Both the position numbers and the translations under genes were made by a program. Of a DNA stretch of 64,000 bases, positions 11,054 to 33,539 are shown piece by piece. A model generated the notes under the pieces. It made no database searches, was not told where the DNA came from, and saw only the letters and a program-made list of their open reading frames with translations. The stretch covers positions 3,720,001 to 3,784,000 of the forward strand of contig CM102290.1 in NCBI GenBank assembly GCA_046563655.1, in the 5' to 3' direction. How positions within the stretch are numbered: position 1 is the first letter of the stretch; each line of letters opens with the position of its first letter. The DNA is from Yuukianura sp. NJ FZ-2021 (taxonomy: Eukaryota).

Positions 11054-12745
11054 TATGCGGGTCTACATGCCATGTAAGTGTTCATTACTCAGAATTTGTT
11101 GGTACACTTTTAAATGTAAACAGCACACAGTACAAGTGAACCAAAGTTATACGTGTTGCCGTTCAACTTCGTCATGTTTAGAATATTAAATACTACACTG
11201 TTAAAACAAGATAAGCTTGATTGTACTGATTTGGGGTTGGGGTGTTGGGCACAATTCACAAACTTTTTCATGTTAAGTTTGCAGTTCGTGTGTACTGAAA
11301 ATCATTCAAGTTTTCGGAACTACTTAACGCGAAATGCCCCCAAAATCAATGCAAACTGGCTAATTGCAATCTTATCCCCTTCATTTTTGTTTTCGATGTC
11401 ACTAATTTTATGTTTGTTTTTCAGGAACCGGTGCTACTAATCGTAGTCATTGATGTCACACTGTCGGTGTCTAAGACTTGGTGCAACCTCCATTAGCCAT
11501 TTCCCTATCTTCCATCCCGTTCCTCCTAGTCCCATTCCCTACAACTAATAAGGCTGATTTCACTACCTCGGAATCTGTACTAACTAGTACCTCGGAAACT
11601 TTTCAAACTTAAGTGGTCACTTTGTCGAAGATACAAAAGAAGATCCAACACCGTGTCAGAGGTCAGTAGACACAAATTGACTTATAGGAGTGTCACGGTA
11701 GGCGGACGCAGTTCATCTAGTTGTTATCCATCGCTACTCGACTGAAGTGGAGTGGAACAATGAGATTCAAGAGAGTGATTGGGTGAAATTAGAAGCAGCA
11801 ACGACTCGAGGGACTTCCTTCCTATTCTTTGTGATCTGTAGGGAGTGAACCAAGTCCACAATCAATTAGGTGCCATGGATATGACCATGCAAGAGATATA
11901 CCAGAAGAGGACAGGTAAGTTCGCTCTCTCACAGATCCTAATCATCTCTCAAATAGACGAGTTGAGTCTATTGTTATTCTCTTATTGTTATACTCTCTTC
12001 TGACACCTAGGAACTTACTTCTGAGCGACTCTTTTCCCAGTGTAGTGGTGCTAAACACGACACAATAGGCAAGACTAAAGTGCACAGATTCTCAAGCTCA
12101 GCTCTCTGCCTCCCTCTAAACCACTTTCAGCAATATCACAACAAGTGAGGCTCTTCTGTGGGAAGCAAAAAAAGGCTTAAGTCCATCTCTTCCTTCAGAC
12201 AAAAGACAAGAAAACTAAGGCAAGAATGGAATAACAGCTCGGTAGTAGGCACTTTGAACAAGAATTTCTACCCTGGTCGAAACCTCTTTACTTTGCAGAG
12301 AGAGAGAGAGAGCTGAGCTTTAGCAGAGAGCTGTTGGGGCTGGTTGAAGGAGTGACAATAGAAAAAAGAAGCATATTTTTATCCTCACTGTATCCGCCAG
12401 GAGCAACAAGTGCCTCTCAAATTCTTTCAAAACAATTTGTGGCCTTTAGTTCTTCCGTCTACCCTTCCAAGTTTCTATTTTTGCAAGAATTCAAGGAGTA
12501 GAGATCAGGGTTGTCTAGGAAACGTCGTAACCAGCTTCATCCAGTTTCCATGGTTTCTCAAATCGTGTCACTATGAAGTGTAGTTGTGGAGTGGGGTTTA
12601 AGTGGTCACTGGAATTAGGAACAACAGCCTGTCTTTTGGAGACAAACAGAGTCCGTACAAGTTTGAAGTGTTCTTGTAGTACTAGAAGGGCTAGTTCTAG
12701 TTGGCATCATCACAGTAATAGTCGACGTCTATAATTCCAGAAGAA

Positions 12746-22578
<9,833 letters not shown>

Positions 22579-22846
22579 TGAAAATGAAGGAGTCAAAGAT
22601 GGAGCACACAACTTTACATTCCAAAACATTCCAATTTACAAGAGTGATCCGTCCATTACCTATTTGAAGCCAAAGCTTTTTGGATCCATTTTTTTACCAG
22701 TAGCATGTTCAGAGTAGCGATTTATTTACATTATGTGAGAAGCGTTATGCACAAGGTTGTGAGTTGGTTTAAGTATTCATGGGTACAGGTCTCCTTTTCG
22801 TGATATTTTAATACAACTTACTTTTTTTTTGTTAAAACTAAATGTA

Positions 22847-23000
22847 CAGTGAATGTTCGAATTAAGGAACAAAAAACATCAGCCCTTTCTCCACTCATCT
22901 TTATAGGGCCTCCTTGGCGGCGGCCTCTGAGGTCCCATAAAGGCGAGTTCGAGTGCAGAAAGGGCTGAGGTTTTTTGTTGTTTATTTCGAACATTCACTG
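22847..23000. mobile_element. Tc1/mariner-type MITE (154 bp) downstream of the Ptp10D stop codon
   Basis: TA-CAGTGAATGTTCGAA ... TTCGAACATTCACTG-TA. The inverted repeat extends over ~50 bp (AACAAAAAAC..CAGCCCTTTCT / AGAAAGGGCTG..GTTTTTTGTT). Confidence 0.88.
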
Positions 23001-23909
23001 TATTTCTACACCACAAAATGGTTGAGATTAGTTCTTAGCAAATTCACGTCTTTTAAATGTAACGTTTTCAACACTTTTATTTTTTTTAAACATGGAAAGG
23101 TGGTTTGAAACCCAAGTGAATTAGCCTGAAATAAGTTTTAGCGTTAACCCTATAAATTATTTTTTTTGAAATCCAACTCACCAAATTGCTCGATGTCTAA
23201 CATCAACCGTAAACTGTTCTTCCACTACACAAAAATTGATGTTCATTCAGACTCTCTTTCTCTATAAGTTTTAGTTTTAATTTAATTAGTAGATGTTAAT
23301 TGTCAAAACACAAAGTGAAAACTAATGCAGAGGTCCTAGAGCTAAGGTCTTTCACACATTTTGCGTTTAGAAACCAATAGATTAAAAATGTAGGGTTGAA
23401 GTACGCAATAGGGTGAGTGATTGTACCCCTTAGTTAACATTAGCGGCATACCCCTACCCCTACACGATATTTTTACATGTAGAATTGCTAGGACATGAGT
23501 TCACTAGTAATTCCAAATGAATTTTTGATTACTAATGAGAATGAGAATCTCTATAACTATTTGAAAATAAGTTAGGGTAAGGAAGCTGTCACAAACGCTT
23601 GATGAATTCTCATTCGTCGCCTTCAACTGAGAAATAATTTCCATGTAGACTGAATTTAAAATTAAAACCTTCCAGATGAAATAGTATTAAGTTAGTAAAT
23701 AGGTTAACAGAATAGTTAAAATGATAAGTTTAGGTTAATAAAATGTCGTTTATAAATATATTCATTTCATAAGTTTTTTTTTGTATGGGTACAATTTTGA
23801 TAGAAGTTTCCTTACTTAATTAGAAACACAGCAGAACGTTGAAATGTATTATTTGATTAGTATTTAGCGGCGAGTTGAGTTGATATACTTTTTGACTTTT
23901 AGTTTTGAG

Positions 23910-24782
23910 TTAAGCCGCGAAGAATGCTGTTACGTACTGAAAAATCAGCGTGATCGTCTGAACGAAGAAGTTAGAGCTGTAGTACCCGGACTCACGCTGG
24001 ATTTCGCTGACATGTGCTGCTGCCACGCTCATTTTCCGTCCAATGTTCGCTTTGAATTGAGCTACAGCGTCCAGGAAGTTGCGCAGATCAGCAGGAAATG
24101 ACGATTGTTGGAAGATCGGATCAATCTGGATCTTGTAAATGCCATTCTCCATTCGAATCTCTCTACAGTAGATCTTGAGTACGCAAAGGAACACAAAGAA
24201 GATGAAGCCAGCTAGTACTACCCAGCAACCAATGTATTGTCCAGGATTGTCACACATGTCAATAATCCGCATCCAGAACCGATTAGTCCAATGGTCCGGA
24301 TCGAATGGAATCATCTCATCATCCAGGTCATGACGACGGCGCGGTGGTGGCGGGATGAAAGAAGGAGGCTCGTCGTCATCATCTTCCACAATGGCAGCAG
24401 GAGGTAAGATGTCATGAAATTCGTCATCAGAGTAGTCCCGAACTTGTCCGAAAACGCGAATGTGCTGGCCTTGGTAGTAGCGCCCCGGACCGGCAGCATC
24501 TCCACCTCCCGCCCCTGATTTGAATAAACAACATTTACGTTATGTTCAATTTCATTTGTGCCAAACTGTTTTTTAGTGTGACTTACCCAACGGAACCCAA
24601 TCGCCAATGTCGTAGAATTCGTCGTCATCAGGAGAGTAGCTGTCTTCGGAATCAGATAAACCCCCGCCAAAGTCCCCGAAACCTAATCTGTTCCCCACGA
24701 AGGGAGCATCGGGATCTTCATCGACCGGAACTGCTGCGAGCTGCGTCGGAGCTCGGATTTGCCAAAGGCCACTCATGCACAT
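23910..24782 (-). CDS. Uncharacterised acidic protein with a transmembrane segment
   Basis: Exons ~24782-24587 and 24515-23910 join in frame. The N-half is D/E/P-rich, with hydrophobic YIGCWVVLAGFIFFVFLCVL and a hydrophobic C-terminus. Two upstream non-coding exons and a TATAA near 25400. No family recognised. Confidence 0.6.
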
Positions 24783-24865
24783 GCTCTGTTCAGACTTCCT
24801 ACAAGAGTTCAGAAAAACGATTTAAAAGTTATGTTTTATTGACTAAACTGTATTGGAGCTAACAA

Positions 24866-25110
24866 AGTTCAACGACGTGACTCACTCGAGGAGAAACTCA
24901 AAGGTCAACGACCTTAGTGGGTTGAGTAGATGATGGAAGGTCAATGACCTTGCTGACTGGGAACTGGCAGAGAGATTGAGAGATCAATGACCTTGCTCGT
25001 TGGAGGATTGAAAGGTCAATGACCTTGTTGTAGCTGAAAGGTCAACGACCCTGCTCACTGAAAAAGAAACAAGAAAGGTCAACAAGTCGTCGAAAGTGTA
25101 TAAAAGGTCA
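24866..25110. promoter_or_regulatory. Cluster of AGGTCA-N-TGACCT (IR1, EcRE/PAL1-like) palindromes and half-sites
   Basis: Perfect AGGTCAATGACCT at 24938 and 25013; variants at 24866, 24902, 24981, 25039; half-sites at 25076 and 25105. Confidence 0.55.
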
Positions 25111-25704
25111 AACGTTCCTGTAACAACAAAAAGTGGCTTACCAAACAAATTGTCGGCAGCCAACGAGTGCTGGAGAGCTGCGACTGACGATGCAAACGTA
25201 AACGTCCGTAGTGTTGCTCAACGATCAGTAGTGAAGTTAATACTGTTGAATTTCACAGACGAGGAGGATCGAATAGGTGTTGACTCTACGGAGGTCAGAG
25301 AAGAAGTGAGCCGAAATTGGAACAAAGAATATTAGAAGAGGGAGGATTTTGCCACCTCACCAAGCGTTGTTTTTTGAATTTTGTGGCGGGACTACTTATA
25401 ACAACGAATCCACTATTGTTGTCAGCGTAACAGAAAGTGAAACTATTGTCTCATACTTTTAAACTAAAATTCAAAATCAAGTTCGATCAATTATATGAAT
25501 TATATAAATTATATCAATTATGTTGTAATCATAAAAGCAGTTATTCCTTTTGCGTAGCAATCAATTGGCCGCTCTCGCAGCAGCTTAGACCCATTGTCTA
25601 ACAGGATATCGATGTCACGGTTGCTGGAGTTAAAACACGCCAGTTTATTTCAAAGTCGTAAAGTATGTAACAGTGGCTTTGATGATTTTAGTTATAAGAC
25701 AGCG

Positions 25705-28392
25705 TTAGAGGTCAAAGGTCATTGGGAGTACAGCTACAGGATCCGAAGTTGCTGGTGGCCCAGTATAAATTGACCACGTCCTTCGTTCCATGTCAAATAT
25801 TCCTAAAAATGAAACTCTGGTTAAGTTGTTTGCTAATATTGCCTGACGTTTAAACTAAAAGAAAATACGGATTTCTGGTTCAATTTTTCAAAAAAAAAAT
25901 CAAAATTTTTGAAACCTACCTACGGCTACTGTTACGACATAGTCTGGATCTTTTCCATCTCGAAATATTGGATACTCCTCATCAGTCACGTCACTTAAAA
26001 TAGTTTTGACCGTCCGAAGGGACGGTGCGGCTCCACTGTACTGCTGGAGCGCTTTATGTCGCTGAACGGAACTTCTGCGTTCAATTCCAGGAACTTCAGT
26101 AGTTGGGATACGAAGATATCTGCAGGAAAACATTGATTAGTTAAACAATTAAAGTTAAAATAAATTAATTTCGACAATTATTTCACAATTTACTTGTTGC
26201 AGTGAGCATAAACGTTTCCTTTAGGGACCGTGTAGATATTCAGCTGGGATTCGTTTGGTTTTTCTGGACTTGGTGGGCCGATTTCAATGTTGTAAAACTC
26301 AACGGATCCGGCAGCACCGTTCGAAATGGCCAAGTTCAGACTAAATCCGTCAGCGATTCCAGTGCCTTCGTCACGTAATGTTGCCACCACTTCTTCAAGC
26401 GTCTTAGCCTTAAAAAGTGCCCTTGAAAGGAACATGCGCGCTGGAAATCTCAAAAGGTACACATATCAGCCACATCTTTTGAAAACTAAAAATTTATATG
26501 AATTTGGTAAACTTTCGACTCACGAGTGCCAGCGACGTACGGAGTGTTGGGATAAAGCGTGTTGACTGAATGTACGACTCCAGCGGAATTCCAGCCCATT
26601 GTGAACCCTGGAAGGTATCCAGCGTATGTCAACGTCGAAAACTTTTCTTCCACGGTAACACCGTCTTCTCCCAAAACTTCAGCGCAAACAATGTACACAT
26701 TGTTCAAAAGTTCTGGACAGGCGTCTTCCGTGTGTCCCAAAAGCATCTAATACACATCCAGCGTTAGCAATTGGTATATGTAGTACAGTTGAAAAATTTG
26801 AGCAAAAAAACTAGTCTTTCGTCAGCTTAAAAAATTCATATCTGACGAATGGATAGCGATAGAGAGGTAAACTCTTCGCTCCTGAATTCACAAAAATATG
26901 GAGTATTTTTAGAAATTTTAAAAAGGTACCCTCAGATTTTGACCAAATTTCGAAAAAATCCATGGACTATAGTCCATGGTTTTTTTCAAAATTTGACGAA
27001 AAACTTGATGTTCGATTTTGGAGTTTTCAAAATTTCTAAAAATTCTTTTTGTTGTTTGAAAGTTTTTCGCGAAGATATTAGGTCTCTATCGCTTTCCGTT
27101 CCTGAGATATAAATTTTCAAAATTTTATTTTGATTTTCAAAAACTTTAAAAATTCATATCTCGGGAATGGAAAGCGATAGAGAGGTAAACTCTTCACTCC
27201 TGAATTGACAAAAATATGGAGTATTTTTAGAAATTTTAAAAAGGTACCCTCAGATTTTGACCAAATTTCGAAAAAATCCATGGACAATAGTCCATGGTTT
27301 TTTTCAAAATTTGACGAAAAACTTGATGTTGCATTTTGGAGTTTTCAATATTTCTAAAATTTCTTCATCTGTTTTGAAAGTTTTTCGCGAAGAGATTAGG
27401 TCTCTATCGCTTTCCGTTCTCGAGATATAAATTTTCGAAATTTTATTTTAATTTTCAAAACCTTTAAAAATTCATATCTCAGGAACGAAAGGTGGTAGAG
27501 AGGTAAACTCTTCACTCCTGAATTCACAAAAATATGGAGTATTTTTAGAAATTTTAAAAAGGTACCCTCAGATTTTGACCAAATTTCGAAAAAATCCATG
27601 GACTATTATAGTCCATGGTTTTTTTCAAAATTTGACGAAAAACTTGATGTTCGATTTTGGAGTTTTAAAAATTTCTAAAAATTCTTCATATTTATTGAAA
27701 GTTTTTCGCGAAGAGATTAGGTCTCTATCGCTATCCGTTCCTGAGATATAAATTTTCAAAATTTTATTTTAATTTTGAAAAACTGAAAATTCATAGCGGG
27801 GGCACTTAATCTGTTCATTACTTGGTCTGAATTGCAGTGAATACTGGTGCATCCAGTGTCCATTTTAGCCTCCCACACTGCATCGTTGTCCCTGGGTGAA
27901 TTCAACTCCGAATCCAAGGAAAGAAGAAACAACTGAAAAAAAATGAACTCAAAAGAAAGATAATAGGACTGCTATACTTGAACTATCAGGTGACCTTTGA
28001 CATGCCTTGTAAAACGGCTGTCCCGCTCCTTCTGCCATGCCTTCCAGCTCCTGTACATACTTTGGGAAACGACGACAACATAGCTCCAGCGATTTCTCAT
28101 AAATGTCTCGTCCTCCAGCAGTTTCGTAGGCAGGAAGGATAACTTTATTGAGAAATTTAAAGTTGTCCACGACATTAGAAATGATGGATTTGAATTGACG
28201 ACCCTAATAGTCCAAAAAGTCCAAAAAATTGTAAAGCTTAGTGAAATACTTGAACAACGAAAAGTTTTAAGGACACACAGCGACACTTACGATAGTGAAT
28301 CCAACAGTTCGATGATTTCCGCGACAGTGAAGTACTGGAATCTGATGCAGTCTACCACCAATTCCCTGAACTGATGTACTTCCTGATGCCAT
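25705..28392 (-). CDS. t: Peptidase C45 / beta-alanyl-dopamine(carcinine) hydrolase, tan-like
   Basis: IPVLHCRGNHRTVGFTIG, FPKYVQELEGMAEGA, autocleavage site TG|CTS (~27850), LGHTEDA, YAGYLPG, HSVNTL, FLSRAL, YAHCNKYLR, ILSDVTDEEYPIFR. Confidence 0.88.
26830..27795. repeat. Three tandem copies of a 318-bp quasi-palindromic unit in a tan intron
   Basis: AATTCATATC at 26833, 27151 and 27469. Each unit is centred on CCATGGACTATAGTCCATGG with inverted arms (GCGATAGAGA / TCTCTATCGC). Confidence 0.95.
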
Positions 28393-28892
28393 TTTAGTTA
28401 AAATTGAAATTACTTTGATTTCACTCCTTACGCTTTCAAACTTTTGAAATTGAGTGTAGTAATCCCTTCTAAGAGGAAATTAGAATTAAAAGTTGCAAAA
28501 TTTACTAGCAATAGGAATAGGTGAAGAAAATGAAAAGTTAGTTGAAATTTGGGTACAGATAACTAAACTTGAGACTTGACTTGACTAAAATTTCACAATT
28601 ATCTAAACCTTGAAATGTCATTTTAACTTTAGTTTTAGATTGTTAGCTTGGTTTCAGTTTGAAACCTTATGCTTGTTTTGCCATCTACTGGGTGGTAGTA
28701 CTAGATAAACAAAAGAGTCTTCTTGTAAAAGTTACAGATAATTTAGTTTTAATCCGATTTTCATCGACGTTTATAACCGATTTTTAGTCACTTTTAAATA
28801 TTTATTATAAATATTAATATATGTTATTAGTATAAACTTGTTTCCTACTTTGAGGGCTCATGTCCCTCGGCGTCTACAACCTCCAGTCATGG

Positions 28893-31800
28893 TCAACGAC
28901 CACTACGGTAGTGATTGCTCATTGAGTCAGATCCACGTTGACGTTCCCTCTCACGGTCGTCTCTGCGGCCCATGTCAACATTGTCGTAGCCCTGGAACAC
29001 AAGTACACAAGTTGAAAAGATGAAACGAAACGTGTTATTAGAACCACAAAGTTTGTACGCGATAAAGTACACTAACAGGGCTTGACTGCTGTCTCCTTAC
29101 CGGACTGGATCGCATGATTTGCCGCCGTCCACTCTTCGAACCCATGTTATGTTCACTCCTGTCAAGATCTGGATAGTCCGGAAGCGGTGGTACGTCGTAA
29201 TAACGCGGTGGGGGTGGAATGGAATCAAACGGTGGCTAATAAAACAAAAAAAAAATCAACCTTTTCCCTCCGTACTAACTTAATTTAAGTTACTTAAATG
29301 GTGTGGTATATTTTAAAACGTACTGGCGGTGGATACGGCATTGGTGGCGGAGGTGGGCGATGATAACCTTCACGAACTTGGTACCCGGAATATCCCGAAT
29401 TCTGGAAACAGTAACAAAACACAATCAGATTAAGCTAGAAATGGGTAAGCATCTAAGTTGTTACTAAATCCGGACGTCTCAGGTCATTAGTGCGAAAAAA
29501 CAATAAGCATAAAAAAACGAATTCCACAAGTTGGCAACACGGAAACCACATTACCAATGAAACCTAGCACACTCTAACTTGCACCCCATTGATGTTCAGT
29601 TCTAATGTTGCCAAGTTACCGAATTCGCGCTTATTGTTGTCTCTCTAATGACTTGCTACTAATCCCGACGAACCTTAGATGGAGATCCATACGATCGATC
29701 AAAACGATAACCCGCCGGTGTTGCATTGTCAACTCTTCCGTGGTAAGAACCTAATACAATCACCAATAAACATAATGTTAATGCATTATTTATTACATAA
29801 CGACATAATTAACATAATTATAATATGACAATTACATACCTGGTGCGCTTCGCATCCTTTTCATCTCCCCAAACTCCGGTTCGTTGTAGCGTCGCTTCTG
29901 TCCCAGAGAGAAACGTCTAAAATATAAAAGATCGTATTACGGTATGTATAATAGTTTACAATATTTTCAAAATTTTATAGCACCACACTGAAAAATAAGA
30001 AAACGAGATTAAGTTGGCTCCAGGAATGTGCACCCATCCTCATTTTGAAAACTTACAAGATCGAAACTTACATGATTTCTTGTACAAAATAATGTTCTTA
30101 GTGGAGATAAAATGTAATTGTACAAAACGAAATCTCTTCAGCAACCTAGGCTGACGAGTGAACATTGTTCAAGTATCAAAAGAGATACAGGAACAGCCGG
30201 AGGTTGTTAGGAAAGGATAGTGTTCAAATGTGCAGCGATAGTCCAGTAATATCTGAGTCAGCGTCCATACTCAATATGCACTCAACATACACTTCTGGCA
30301 TGATTGACTGACTTATTGGAAGCTGTAGCTACGAATGAATCCTTTGACGTTAACTGCATCACCACAAGAAGAAATCACTAATCAAGGGAATCTTCAATTC
30401 TCTGCCCTCGTCTCACACTAAAACTTGCTGACAAAAGTTCAAGAAGACAAACGTGATAAACGTCCTCAAAAAACGTCCGTCCGTTCGTCCACTAAATCAC
30501 TGCGGGCATTTGCCAGAGCACTATGTTCGTTGACTGATTAAAATCTTGGAAGACGGGCTACATCACTCAACAAATCAGTTCAGGTAATGCCTAATAAAAG
30601 TTCACAGCTATACCTCACGCCTCCGTCCATTGATGATCTTGTCTGACGAGGAAATTCTGGATGGAATCTACTTCGTGTTTCAATCCTAGTGTCTCGGACT
30701 TGTCTTGGCGAAGAAGGAATTCCTCCACCTAACGGTCCAGAAATCCTCTTCGGCTTAATTTTCTTGTTCGCTTCTGACGATCTCTCCATAATTCGATTCC
30801 AGTCTGCATTGGTATCCATTGGGAATAGGCGACAAAGTTCGGCAGCAACATGCGGTTCAATTTCCTAAATTAAACGATCATAATGAAACTGGAGAAGCGG
30901 TAGTTTTATATTGATGGCTGCCGAAGGGCATTCGTTTCGTCAGTACTTGGCCATCACGTCCGATTTTGACGGGCTTTCCATCATTCCAAGGGTTGAAGAG
31001 ATGTTGTGTCTTTGTAAACGGAACATCATGCCTATAAAACGAAAAGATACGTCATCATCTTGCTGCATCAATCAATCGTGCATAACGTTTAAAATGTTAA
31101 CGGTTTTACATAGAGATCCAATCCAACTGAAAGACACCACCCAGTGCGCGCTCTGTGAGGCCCGGTGGTAAGACCCAGTTGACGGGTTGTCCTCCTCTTG
31201 ACGACTCCGATGCTAACCGGGCATATCCAGAAAACTTTCCACTTTCTTTGACAGAAAAGATTAAAATGACGTTTCGAGTCTCCCGAATTGCCTGATTAAT
31301 CCTGGATTCATTCGCAGGCGGAGTAGACCAAACACTTCTGGATTTAGAGAGTTCAATGTTCTCCTCATTGTTGCTTTTCATAATAAAATATCTTGTATCC
31401 CGTAGTATGGAGCTCAGTTTGGTTTTAGCATCTAGTGAATAGAGTAAGTAAGAGTAATCGGTAAGTTCTTCACAAAATCGTAATCGGAATAATGAATTGA
31501 ATGTAACTCCATGTTAACCTTGCATTTCCACTGGAGCATGTCGACTGCTGCTGCTACTTCTTCCTGCTTTGAAAAAAATTGCATTCGATTACTAATTTAT
31601 GCTGTAAATATTTCCAAGCACAACCTTTAGCAGGGCGTTTCTCGGAGCCTTGATGTTTCTGTGTGCCTAGGCTGACTTTCCCTTCAATTTCTGTAAGCAG
31701 GATTAGTTATTAATACTAAAGAAAAGACTCAATCCAACGAATTCAACCCAATGATTCTTCACTGTAAAACTTACCACTGTCACTACTGAATGATACTGAA

Positions 31801-32020
31801 CTGAATGACTCTCTTGAGTCGCCATCATCAGACGAGATCGAAAATTCATTGTCCGGTTGGGGATGACCCTTGCTTCTTGTGTCATGCCCTTTCTGACCTG
31901 CATTTCAAAAGCAAATAGATCATTTAGTTTAATTCCCATCCTAATATGAATAACATTGATTGATCAACCTGTCTCAGATGACGATGACTCCGGACGAACC
32001 GAATTTTTCGTGTGCGACAT
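28893..32020 (-). CDS. YTHDC1: YTH domain-containing protein 1 (nuclear m6A reader)
   Basis: [83 protein letters not shown], with R/P/Y-rich C-terminal exons ending YRSGR*. Confidence 0.93.
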
Positions 32021-33539
32021 CCGTAAACCCCTTGATTGCCCCAACTCTAGTTTACTTCCGATTTCCAATTGTACAGTACTTGGTAAATAATTAATAAACC
32101 TCAAATTAAGTTAAATTTTGACGTAGACATACTAAAAAAAGTTTTCAATTTAATTTTGATTTTGGCTGTCTTTGTTTCCAATTATTCGTTAAAGTAAACG
32201 TGCGCAACACCTTTTGTAACCACAATATAACAAATGTCGTCCATTCTGTAACCACCGAGTCGTTACAGTAACTTCTATTGAGTAGTGGCATCAAAATTCA
32301 AAAACGATATCATTTCGTTTGTAATCGATTATGGTAACGATTGACTCGTTACAGTTTTGGCAGCGGTGGTGGTTGTTGCTTAAATTGTCTGAATATGTAA
32401 TATTGTAGCATATCCTTACGTCAACCCCACCCCTGTTCAAAATAAACAATTCAAGTTTGCGCGCTGCCGGAATCACCCATTCCGATGTGGGCAAAAACTC
32501 AAATATTTAATTCCTAACAAACCAATCAACTAATTATTAATTAGACAATTAAAAATTAAAATTGACATAGAACTAATTGAAGCTTTAATTGGGTAGACTC
32601 TGTTCGACCAAATATAGCGAATGTTATCTCCGTTAAAAGTTAAGAGCGAAATAATTCAGTTGATAAAAAAGCGAGTTATATTAAACTTGGAAGAAAGAGT
32701 TGTTGAGCGAAATGACGTTGAGGGAATAGCGTGTTGATATTTTTGTATTGAAAAGAAAAATGGTACGATTTGATTGGTGGAGAGTGTTTGAGCATTCACT
32801 TTCCTTTGCTTCTTGGTGGTCTCGTTTGGCAACAGTAAAAACTTTTCAATTCAATTTCACTTCACTTCCGAATTGAATCTCTCAGGTCTACTTTCACCTT
32901 GACTTTCTCATCTGTTCTTCGTGTGAAGTCCAACACCTAATACACTGCATGCTAATTAAACCTAATCAGTTTCATTCAGTACGGTGGGGTGGTTCACTAA
33001 CTGTTGAGCTAAGAGATCACATAATTGGTAAACGAATTGTTTATGATCTTATTAACACTAATGATCAAGTCATTACTCATCCCTAAATGTCGTCTTCTTG
33101 GCAGGTGAAACATTTTTCCACTCTAGTAGGATATTGTAACATGTTTTCGTGAGTCATACTGTAAACAATTGAACAGGTTTGGCTAACGAATTCTTTTTTC
33201 AGCCGTCTCGCCCTTCCTTGAGTAACATTGTTTACATAACTTGTTATGGACCCAATTCTCTTCTGCCTATCAAAACATTCGAAAGAGGCCAATTAAAAAA
33301 GTGAAGGTAAGTTATAGCTACATTCGTTGTTAAAAGGTCGAGTTCTTTGCACTTACTTGTAGGTGTTGATGTATTGTATTTTTATATAGGTTTGACCTCG
33401 ATTTCAACTTGTAAGCCCTTCTTGAAGAACATAATCCAGTAACAGTCAAATGATAAAAGCACTCCAGGAAGGACGGGAAGTTCAAGTTACCAAATTGATT
33501 TACCTCTCAGTGTGACCGACAAAAGAAAAGCTGAAAGTC

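Noticed and set aside
24886..25057. Repeated KVIDL/VVDL (SUMO-interacting-like) peptides on the minus strand of the IR1 cluster
   Set aside because: The repeats fall in different frames with intervening stops (spacings mostly not multiples of 3), so they are a by-product of the DNA palindromes.
26849..27599. Short ORFs repeated at 26.8-27.6 kb and 47.6-48.1 kb
   Set aside because: Chance ORFs within the palindromic satellite with no protein-like features.
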